The notes under the pieces: generated by a model
The model's database searches: none
The model's input: only the letters and a program-made list of their open reading frames with translations
What the model was told of the DNA's origin: nothing
DNA from: Desulfocapsa sulfexigens DSM 10523
GTDB taxonomy: Bacteria > Desulfobacterota > Desulfobulbia > Desulfobulbales > Desulfocapsaceae
Length of the DNA: 32,000 nt
Assembly (NCBI RefSeq): GCF_000341395.1
Contig: NC_020304.1
Location: forward strand, 420,001-452,000
Direction: 5' to 3'
Translations under genes and position numbers: made by a program
In this document: in pieces, positions 10,297-18,302 of the stretch
How positions within the stretch are numbered: the stretch's first letter is position 1
Layout: each line of letters begins with the position of its first letter

Positions 10297-11213
10297 TGGA
10301 ATTCGTTCGCAAATGGGTTCAGGCCCTATTTTTCCTGATCACGAACGGCTACTGGAATTTTCCCGTCACCAAAGGAATATACCAGGGGCCCCTCAAAGTA
10401 ATCTGTTCGCCCGGACTGAACTGTTATTCCTGTCCTGCCGCCACAAGTTACTGTCCCCTTGGCGCACTGCAACAACTCATGGGCGGAATCCGCCTGGCTC
10501 TCGAAAATGGCCAGATGTATGTCGGCTTTTATGTAATAGGAGCCATGGGCGCAATTGGCAGCTTTGTCGGCCGGATGGTTTGCGGCTGGGCCTGTCCATT
10601 TGGCCTTTTCCAGGAACTTCTCCATAAAATTCCTTCCCCAAAATTCGGCATCTGGCGACCGTTGCGCTTTATAAAATACGCCCTGTTACTTTTTATGATT
10701 GTGCTGCTGCCCCTCTTTGCAGTCGATGCCTTTGGGTTTGGCCAGACCTGGTTCTGCAAGTATGTCTGCCCAGCAGGTACTCTGGAAGCCGGCTTGCCAA
10801 TGCTTATACTCCAGCCGGATCTTCGAGCGAGCCTGGGCATGCTTTTCCTGAACAAACTTGTTATCCTTATCTTTTTCGTTTCCTGGTCAATTGTAGCTAG
10901 TCGACCTTTCTGTCGAACGGCCTGTCCCCTTGGTGCTTTTTACGCCCTGTTCAGCAAAACAAAACTGGTCAAGCTACGCCTTGACACTGACCGTTGTACC
11001 AACTGCGAGGCCTGCCACCCTGTTTGTCCCATGGGGGTGCATTTCAATGAGTCACCGGACGATATGGAATGTATCTCCTGCCTTGCCTGCAGCAAGGCCT
11101 GTAAGTTTAATGCAATTTCTCTTGAAATTGGGGGTATCCCTCTCAGTAACCAGGCACCTTACCGACCCCAAAAAGGCTCAACTGGAACAATAGCAACTCG
11201 GATCGAAGGATAA
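10296..11213 (+). CDS. Membrane 4Fe-4S binding protein (NapH/polyferredoxin-like)
   Basis: Multiple TM segments with 'CGWACPFGLFQELLHKI', 'CKYVCPAGTLEAG', 'CRTACPLGAFYALF', and ferredoxin motifs 'CTNCEACHPVCPMGV' and 'CISCLACSKACKFNAI'. The ATG at 10296 overlaps the upstream TGA. Confidence 0.9.
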   Translation: MEFVRKWVQALFFLITNGYWNFPVTKGIYQGPLKVICSPGLNCYSCPAATSYCPLGALQQLMGGIRLALENGQMYVGFYVIGAMGAIGSFVGRMVCGWACPFGLFQELLHKIPSPKFGIWRPLRFIKYALLLFMIVLLPLFAVDAFGFGQTWFCKYVCPAGTLEAGLPMLILQPDLRASLGMLFLNKLVILIFFVSWSIVASRPFCRTACPLGAFYALFSKTKLVKLRLDTDRCTNCEACHPVCPMGVHFNESPDDMECISCLACSKACKFNAISLEIGGIPLSNQAPYRPQKGSTGTIATRIEG

Positions 11214-11406
11214 AATGCACCCTGTCAGGATGTCAGTCTTCTGTTTTTTATAAAAGCAAAAAATAGATCTCAACAAAAGTCAAGAATATGACGAAGAGTT
11301 ACTAGAGAGATCGTATAGATGTTTATTGGCCGCGACAAAAGACATGGTTACGGCTAATTAAAAATCTGGCTCGGAAATTGCTTAAGGGAGAATCAGGAGG
11401 ATTATC

Positions 11407-12177
11407 ATGCTTGAATACCAGGTACAAAAAGGCGACACCATAACAGAGGTTACCCGGCGACTGAACACAAACTGGGAAACACTGCGCAAAAACAATCCAG
11501 ATGCAATCGGTCGTTCGACAAAAAACGGAAACTGGTTTTTAAAAGAGGGCTCCATCATAGGGTCGGAAAACTCTTTTGCAAAATCATTACAATATGCCGA
11601 GCAGCAACAAAGGCAGGAAATCGCTGCAGCTAATCCGATTTCCATTCCCAGAGCCAACAGTAAAATTGTATTTCCGATTCCACAACCTCCTCCCAGCACC
11701 CCTCTCCAAGAGGTGGAAAAACAGGGGCGAATAGTTGAACATACCATTCAGGAAGGCGAAACTCTCTGGGGACTTGCAGTGAAAAAATACCATGTCCACG
11801 TCAAGGATATCATGGCAGACAATGGCATAAGTGACCCGACAACATTGCAGATAGGCCAGACTATCAAAATTCGCCTCCCTGAAAGCAGTGGCGAAGAACC
11901 GGTTGTTGCCAGCTGGTACGGCCAGGATTTTCACGGTAAGCCAATGGCCAACGGGGATATCTACGATATGCACGCCGCCACAATCGCCCACAAGGAAATG
12001 CCCCTAGGAACCAGGGTGGAGTTAAAAAACACTGAAACCGGCGAAAAAGTTCGGGCGGTGGTTACAGACCGTGGCCCGTACATTGACGGCAGGGATGTGG
12101 ATCTTTCCTATGGTCTTGCCAAGAAACTCTCGCTTGTGGAACAGGGCGTGGGCAGTCTGGTGATGCGGGTCCTGTGA
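11407..12177 (+). CDS. LysM-domain and RlpA-like (double-psi beta-barrel) protein
   Basis: Two LysM-like segments ('YQVQKGDTITEVTRRLNTNWETLRKNNP' and 'HTIQEGETLWGLAVKKYHVHVKDIMADNG...LQIGQTIKI'), then RlpA 'ASWYGQDFHGKPMANGDIYDMHAATIAHKEMPLGTRVEL...VTDRGPYIDGRDVDLSYGLAKKL'. Confidence 0.88.
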   Translation: MLEYQVQKGDTITEVTRRLNTNWETLRKNNPDAIGRSTKNGNWFLKEGSIIGSENSFAKSLQYAEQQQRQEIAAANPISIPRANSKIVFPIPQPPPSTPLQEVEKQGRIVEHTIQEGETLWGLAVKKYHVHVKDIMADNGISDPTTLQIGQTIKIRLPESSGEEPVVASWYGQDFHGKPMANGDIYDMHAATIAHKEMPLGTRVELKNTETGEKVRAVVTDRGPYIDGRDVDLSYGLAKKLSLVEQGVGSLVMRVL

Positions 12178-12195
12178 TCATAAAACAGGGTTTCT

Positions 12196-13284
12196 TTAGG
12201 ACTCGCCGTATTCCTGCTCATCAATGTACTGCACACCTTCCATAATAAGGCCCATGAAACCGCCGAAGGGTGGTTGGTTTTCCAATTCCATGGGAAGCCC
12301 CTTGGTGTAGGAAAAGTGGCCATCTTTCTTTGCCAGCAGTGAGAAAAGAGCTTCCTTATCCTTGAGACCACGGTATCGGATCTGGATCAGTTCGCCTTCA
12401 TTAAAAAAGACTGTGGCTTTGGCATCATCAAAAAGCAATTCTATGCGCCCCGTCTTCTGGCTGGTATTCATCAGCTGCAGGAGTTCCACGATACTTATCT
12501 CATCAAGTTCTCCAGACATTCCTGAAGTGATATTACCGGAACGCAGAGCCATGGCCTGGGCACGATCCACGAGCATTTTCAGGAGAAACAACTGCAATAC
12601 CGGATATTTTTTCAACACATGTTTGAAATTTTTAATACTTAAAAGCGCTGCCTCCGTTTCACGGAGGGAATGGATAGAGCAGGAAACCGGTTCACCGGAC
12701 AAGAGACTCATTTCACCAAATATTTCTCCCCTTCCCATTTCTGCCAGTCGCAAACCATCATCTCCGATAACACCAACCTTTCCGGAAAGTAAGATAAAAA
12801 GATGGGCACCGGGTTCTCCTTTCTTCAATACGATTTTATCTTTAGGGTAGGCCTTGAGTTCCAGAAGTTCAGCAAGATCGTAGAGGGCACCATCGTCCAG
12901 AGATTCAAAGAGCTGGAAGTCACGCAGCTTACTGTAGAATCTGTCGAGATGTTTCTTTCGTCTCAGCTCCTCCGCCTCGGAAAGAAGCTTCATCTGCAGG
13001 GTGGAAAACCCTTTGGCCTTCTTATATTCAAACTGGAGCATCCCCTGGCAGCCGCCACAGGAAAATTTGGCCCTTTTCGCACCCAGTTGGGAAAACTGTT
13101 GAAAACTCTCTTTCTTAGCAGTTATCTCAATGAGTTTTTCAACAAGAATCATACAGACCGGTTTTGCTTCCGGCAGGACGGCGCAGAGTTCCTCCACCTT
13201 CAGTTCTTCACCAGCATTATAATGCGGACAGGATCGCTCTTCAGTAACAACGAAAATGGCATCACGGAATTTTTTTTGCTGCAC
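12196..13284 (-). CDS. Cyclic-nucleotide-binding-domain protein with DUF4388-like C-terminus and Cys-containing N-terminal domain
   Basis: 'FQLFESLDDGALYDLAELLELKAYPKDKIVLKKGEPGAHLFILLSGKVGVIG...GRGEIFGEMSLLSGEPVSCSI' (cNMP-binding fold) and 'MSGELDEISIVELLQLMNTSQKTGRIELLFDDAKATVFFNEGELIQIRYRGLKDKEALFSLLAKKDGHFSY' (DUF4388-like). Confidence 0.82.
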   Translation of the reverse strand: MQQKKFRDAIFVVTEERSCPHYNAGEELKVEELCAVLPEAKPVCMILVEKLIEITAKKESFQQFSQLGAKRAKFSCGGCQGMLQFEYKKAKGFSTLQMKLLSEAEELRRKKHLDRFYSKLRDFQLFESLDDGALYDLAELLELKAYPKDKIVLKKGEPGAHLFILLSGKVGVIGDDGLRLAEMGRGEIFGEMSLLSGEPVSCSIHSLRETEAALLSIKNFKHVLKKYPVLQLFLLKMLVDRAQAMALRSGNITSGMSGELDEISIVELLQLMNTSQKTGRIELLFDDAKATVFFNEGELIQIRYRGLKDKEALFSLLAKKDGHFSYTKGLPMELENQPPFGGFMGLIMEGVQYIDEQEYGES

Positions 13285-13308
13285 GGTGCCTCCTGGCTAT
13301 TTAAAAGA

Positions 13309-15090
13309 TTATTGCTTCTTTTCCAATCGGGAACACTTTGTATCTTTCGTGTACACCCTCCACATGGGATCCTCATAGCGATCATGGCAGCTTACGCATT
13401 GTCCCACTAAAAGAATACTCCGCAATTCTTCTTTATTAAAGGGACGTAATTCAGGTCTCGAACCATGCTGCAGTGCTTTCCCTTCTATATTCACAAAGGC
13501 ATCAAAGGGAACAGTTTGTCCTTCAAGAGTATCCACGCCCTGATCGAGTGGTGTAAATGACCAGATACCGTTTGTATCAATGGAGACAGTCCCTTCACCA
13601 AGGCCAACGGTCTTCGTTGACTGGTGACAGTCGGCACAGCTTCTTCCTTTGGCCTGTGTGGTATGAGGATTGATGGCTGCCATGGTAAAGCGATTAAAAC
13701 CGCCCTCAACATTGCCATCCTTATCAATAAGAGTCACAACATCCTGGCAGCCGGGCGTCACAATAACCACCTCATCATTCCAGACTGCAAGCATTGGTTT
13801 TTCATAACGAATATAGGATCGCCCCTCTTCCCACATTCCCGGAGTCTCTTCAAGAGTCAGTTTATCCAGATGTTTCTCTGTTTCATCCCGCTTGGCATGG
13901 CAGCCATAACACTGCGGCACCCAGGTTGAATGGCAGGCCTCACAGGTTATCCGCTTGTGACCGCTGAAATCACAAACCCCTTTTTTGGGTCCGACCAGAG
14001 GATAGACCTTGTCGTTGACCCGGCCGGTCATCTGATATTTTTCTTCTTTTTTGAAAATATTTCCCACAGGATCACCTTTTCTGGTGATTCCGGGCTTGTC
14101 AGAATGGCACATTTCACAGGAAATTTCGAGCTGGTCTTCGTAATGTGCGTAACTGGTACCATCCCCCATGATCTCATTACGGGTATGACAATCTATGCAG
14201 GCCATCTCCTTCTGGTGGTGAATATCTTCTGCAATTTCCAGATAAAAGCGCTGCCCTGGAAGTTGCTTCGAACTCATTCCACCATGCTCATAGGGGGTTC
14301 CATAGCCCTCGGATTCAAAGATCCCTGTGTAGGAAATTCCAATGCGTCCTGATCGATTGTGACAGCGAATACAATTTTCTTCAGCCACTTTTTTTATGAT
14401 AAGTGGATGTGCTTTCTTTTTTTCAGTCTTTGTTGCATCACCAAAACCAGCTACTCCCTTCAGTTCCTCTCCTTCGGGCAGCAGATAATGACAGGCAGAA
14501 CAGCCGCCGCCCTTTTCATTGAAGAAATCAGGCGCTCCCGGCAGGTCATTTTTCTGTTTCCAAAGGTGACAGGTGGCACAAAGCTTCCTGAAATAATCGA
14601 GTGCCAGAGAAGTTTCGCCACTGTTTATCAATTGTTCCACGGTAAGATCAGTATCCTGGGAATCGCTTTCCCCCCAGTAGAAGAGGAGGGTTCCGATAAT
14701 GCCGCGATTGGTGGCCATAAGTGAATTCATCACCTTTTTGACATCCGTTGGATGACAGCCCTCAACCCCGCATGTTTTCTCCACAACTCTTAGATCACCA
14801 GGATTCATGACCATGCCCTTATGAGCCTGCTCCTTATCAATAGCCAGAGCATCGCCAAGATGGCAGGAGGCACAGCCAATCACCCGTGGATCATGTGCAG
14901 GATCAAGCTTTTCTTCCCTATGGCAGGAGAGACACATATCGACGCGACCGCTGGTGGTAATATGTACCTGATCCGGTCTCTCTGTCAATACTTCACGAAC
15001 GACAAGCACCCCCACAACAATAAGGAGAAGAAGCCAAAACAGCTGCTTCCTAAACGACCAGTTTGTGTCTAATGTATTTGTTTTACTCAT
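13309..15090 (-). CDS. Membrane-anchored multiheme c-type cytochrome
   Basis: 593 aa with N-terminal TM and 11 CXXCH motifs (CLSCH, CASCH, CATCH, CSACH, CIRCH, CIDCH, CEMCH, CEACH, CYGCH, CADCH, CVSCH) plus one CX4CH (CGVEGCH). Confidence 0.93.
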   Translation of the reverse strand: MSKTNTLDTNWSFRKQLFWLLLLIVVGVLVVREVLTERPDQVHITTSGRVDMCLSCHREEKLDPAHDPRVIGCASCHLGDALAIDKEQAHKGMVMNPGDLRVVEKTCGVEGCHPTDVKKVMNSLMATNRGIIGTLLFYWGESDSQDTDLTVEQLINSGETSLALDYFRKLCATCHLWKQKNDLPGAPDFFNEKGGGCSACHYLLPEGEELKGVAGFGDATKTEKKKAHPLIIKKVAEENCIRCHNRSGRIGISYTGIFESEGYGTPYEHGGMSSKQLPGQRFYLEIAEDIHHQKEMACIDCHTRNEIMGDGTSYAHYEDQLEISCEMCHSDKPGITRKGDPVGNIFKKEEKYQMTGRVNDKVYPLVGPKKGVCDFSGHKRITCEACHSTWVPQCYGCHAKRDETEKHLDKLTLEETPGMWEEGRSYIRYEKPMLAVWNDEVVIVTPGCQDVVTLIDKDGNVEGGFNRFTMAAINPHTTQAKGRSCADCHQSTKTVGLGEGTVSIDTNGIWSFTPLDQGVDTLEGQTVPFDAFVNIEGKALQHGSRPELRPFNKEELRSILLVGQCVSCHDRYEDPMWRVYTKDTKCSRLEKKQ

Positions 15091-15093
15091 TCG

Positions 15094-16740
15094 TTAGCCT
15101 TGGAAATTCTGCACATTTGGAAACCTGCGTCCATAGCCAAAAGCCTTACTGGTAACCTTCAGACCCAAGGGAGCCTGTTTACGCTTATACTCATTCAACC
15201 GTACCCGACGCAGCACATCGACAACCATATCCTTTTCAAAGCCATGAGCAACTATCTCTTCCACTCCAAGATGCTCTTCGAGGTGCAACTCCAGAATCCG
15301 GTCAAGGATTGCATAATCGGGGAGATCATCCTGATCACACTGGTCGGGCTTCAACTCTGCCGTGGGGGCCTTAGTCATGGTACGAAGGGGAATAACCTCT
15401 TTATCTCTGTTGACGTACCGGGACAACTCGTACACCAGCAGCTTGGGAACATCTGAAATGACAGCCAGCCCGCCGTTCATGTCACCATATAATGTACAGT
15501 AGCCAACGGCCATCTCACTTTTATTCCCGGTGGACAGAAGCAGGTAGCCAAATTTATTGGACAACGCCATGAGCAGGTTCCCGCGAATACGGGCCTGCAG
15601 GTTCTGCTCGGTAAGGTCAGAAGGAGCCACAGGGGTGTCACCAAACAGAGGGCACAGACTTTCCTTAAAGGAATTAAAGAGATTGCTGATGGGAATCACT
15701 TCAAATCTGCAGCCCAGATTTTCTGCCAACTCCTTCGCATCCTCCATGGAATCATCGGAACTGTATGGTGACGGCAGAGCCACACCTAGGACATTCTCGG
15801 GCCCAAGTGCCCTGACGGCAATAGCTGCTGTTAACGCAGAATCAATCCCTCCTGAGAGTCCAAGAACCACGGAACGAAAGCCACACTTTCTGACATAATC
15901 ACGAACCCCCATCACCAGCGCGTCATGTACTGCTGCCAGACTGTTTTCTTCCGCCTTTTCATGCAAATCTCCGCTCCAGCTGCTACTCTCAATAATAAGC
16001 ATGTCCTCCACAAAACCACGGGCCTTTGCCTTGATAATTCCGTCCCCATCCATTAACATGCTGCGTCCGTCAAAAAGCAGCGAATCCTGCCCCCCCACCT
16101 GGTTTACATAGAGCAGAGGAACCTTATGACGGGTACAAACCGTCCTGAAAAGGCGATGGCGAACGGACTCCTTGCCCCGCTGAAAAGGGGATGCTGACAT
16201 ATTAATAAGACAATCCACTCTATTACCACTATTGAAAAACGTTTCCACGGGATCAGTATTGTATTCGTCAATTTCAGAATGCCAGATATCTTCACAGATG
16301 GTAACGCCAAAACGCAGACCGCCACACTCGATAACGCCGGGAACATTCCCTGCCTCAAACCAGCGTTTTTCATCAAAAACATCATAGGTGGGCAAAAGTT
16401 GCTTCTGTATCCGCTGCACCACGGAAGATTTACGGATAAGAAAACCGCTATTATACAGTTTCTTTCCATATCCTTTTCCGACCCGTTTTTCTATACAGCC
16501 AAGAAGGACATCGATCTCCGGAAGGGCAGAGCACAGGTGCTCAAGAGCCTGATCATGAGCCGCAAGATAGGCCGGTCGTTCCAATAAATCGTAAGGCGGA
16601 TAGCCCGACAGAGATAATTCCGGAAAGATGATAAGCTCGCATCCACTCTCCTGTGCCTCATGACAGGCATCAAGAATTTTCCGGCTGTTCCGGGAAAAAT
16701 CACCAATCACCGGATTTATTTGTACCAGGGCTATTTTCAT
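15094..16740 (-). CDS. nadE: Glutamine-dependent NAD+ synthetase
   Basis: N-terminal nitrilase-like domain 'MKIALVQINPVIGDFSRNSRKI...ELIIFPELSLSGYPPYDLL' and C-terminal synthetase 'VLGLSGGIDSALTAAIAVRALG', 'LLLSTGNKSEMAVGYCTLYGDMNGGLAVISDV'. The ORF extends to 16806, but the ATG at 16740 fits the family N-terminus. Confidence 0.96.
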   Translation of the reverse strand: MKIALVQINPVIGDFSRNSRKILDACHEAQESGCELIIFPELSLSGYPPYDLLERPAYLAAHDQALEHLCSALPEIDVLLGCIEKRVGKGYGKKLYNSGFLIRKSSVVQRIQKQLLPTYDVFDEKRWFEAGNVPGVIECGGLRFGVTICEDIWHSEIDEYNTDPVETFFNSGNRVDCLINMSASPFQRGKESVRHRLFRTVCTRHKVPLLYVNQVGGQDSLLFDGRSMLMDGDGIIKAKARGFVEDMLIIESSSWSGDLHEKAEENSLAAVHDALVMGVRDYVRKCGFRSVVLGLSGGIDSALTAAIAVRALGPENVLGVALPSPYSSDDSMEDAKELAENLGCRFEVIPISNLFNSFKESLCPLFGDTPVAPSDLTEQNLQARIRGNLLMALSNKFGYLLLSTGNKSEMAVGYCTLYGDMNGGLAVISDVPKLLVYELSRYVNRDKEVIPLRTMTKAPTAELKPDQCDQDDLPDYAILDRILELHLEEHLGVEEIVAHGFEKDMVVDVLRRVRLNEYKRKQAPLGLKVTSKAFGYGRRFPNVQNFQG

Positions 16741-17040
16741 ATATTCTTCAAAACAAAAAGTTACGGAAAACTCACAAACTATACGCTCTCTTACCACATT
16801 CATCATTTATGGCCAAGCACTGACACTTCCAATTCAGCTACGGCATACTAGTATATACTTTTCTCAGATGGGAACAGCAAAAACATGAATTTCCTTGAAT
16901 CACCCGAAATAACTGAACAATCACAAGACTATCATCGGAGTTACATTTATCATATCAACAAGTTAAAGCTGATTTTCATTTCATTTTCCATGGGAATTTG
17001 CTAACATTTTATTTTCAGGGGTTTTCTTCATAAACCAAAC

Positions 17041-18270
17041 ATGACAGCTCTTCCCACAATGCAGGTATCTGTGCCAATGAATCATCATGACAAGGCTGAT
17101 TTTCCCTTAGACAAAGAGCTCCTGCAACAAAAGATTCTCCTCTCACTCAGCAGTAACCCCGGTGACTCCACGGTGCAGTGCCGTTGCCTGCAACCCCTTC
17201 TTGAAAGTATGAAAAAAGAAGCCTGCGAGCTCATACTTTACAATCTTGTGCAACTGAACTTTACCCGGGATAATGCCTGTAAACATTGGGATGCCATTGT
17301 CAAACATGCCGAAACAATGCAAAACATTCTGAACCGCAAGGTAGGCCTGGCCACTGCCGCCTGTGACTATTTCAGTACCGTAGAGCCATACCTCAACAAC
17401 CCCAAACTCATAGAATTCAAGCGCTACGAAGAAACTCTCAAGTCAGCCCGCCATGACTTCCTTACAGGATTACTGAGTCGAGGGGCATTTCAGGATTTAT
17501 TTGACCAGGAAATGTCGCGAGCCACACGACACAACCACAATACAACCCTTATTTTTCTCGATCTGGACAATTTCAAAGAGACAAATGACCTCCATGGTCA
17601 CCTTGCAGGAGACAGTGTCCTCAGGCAGGTTGGCGAAATAATCATCAATTCAAAGCGTAAAGAAGATCTCGCTTGCCGCTTTGGCGGGGACGAATTTGTA
17701 ATCCTGCTTCCGGAAACAAATAAATTCATGGGATTGCTGGTGGGAAAAAAGCTTCTGGATCAGATTAATACTCTGGTTATTCACCATGGGGAAGAGGACA
17801 TTTCCGTTACCTGTAGTGGTGGCCTGGCCTCTTTCCCTCTGGACAGTCGCAACGGGAAAGAGCTGCTTTTCTGTGCAGATCGTGCCCTCTATCAGGCGAA
17901 AAGTCGTGGCAAACATGAACTCAACCTCTTTGCAGAAGAAAAAAGAGTCTTCACAAGAATTCATTTTGAACAGGATATCACCATACGACCATTGGGAAAC
18001 AGCAAAGAGGACGGAACCAGCAAATCAAAAAATCTCAGCGAATGTGGCATTCTTATTTCCAGCAGCAGTAGCTATCACATCGGAACACTGCTGGAATTAA
18101 CAATCCCCATACAGAAAAATTCAATTCTGACAATAACTGGTTCTGTGGTACGGGTGGAACAGTTCGACACCGACCTCTTTGACATAGGACTCAGCTTCCT
18201 CCAACATGATTCCAACAGTGATACCACCAAGGCTATTGCTGACCATATCATACAACAACTTGCGCAGTAA
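17041..18270 (+). CDS. Diguanylate cyclase (GGDEF) with C-terminal PilZ-like domain
   Basis: 'SARHDFLTGLLSRGAFQDLF', 'LIFLDLDNFKETNDLHGHLAGD', 'RFGGDEFVILLPE', with RxxD (RKED) five residues before GGDEF. C-terminal 'RIHFEQDITIRPLG...KNLSECGILISS' is PilZ-like but weak. Confidence 0.9.
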   Translation: MTALPTMQVSVPMNHHDKADFPLDKELLQQKILLSLSSNPGDSTVQCRCLQPLLESMKKEACELILYNLVQLNFTRDNACKHWDAIVKHAETMQNILNRKVGLATAACDYFSTVEPYLNNPKLIEFKRYEETLKSARHDFLTGLLSRGAFQDLFDQEMSRATRHNHNTTLIFLDLDNFKETNDLHGHLAGDSVLRQVGEIIINSKRKEDLACRFGGDEFVILLPETNKFMGLLVGKKLLDQINTLVIHHGEEDISVTCSGGLASFPLDSRNGKELLFCADRALYQAKSRGKHELNLFAEEKRVFTRIHFEQDITIRPLGNSKEDGTSKSKNLSECGILISSSSSYHIGTLLELTIPIQKNSILTITGSVVRVEQFDTDLFDIGLSFLQHDSNSDTTKAIADHIIQQLAQ

Positions 18271-18302
18271 CCGCTACTGTCACCTTAACCGAAAAGGCTA
18301 CT

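Noticed and set aside
12802-13410. 202-aa plus-strand ORF
   Set aside because: Antisense to the cNMP/DUF4388-like protein and the cytochrome 3' end; no domain pattern.
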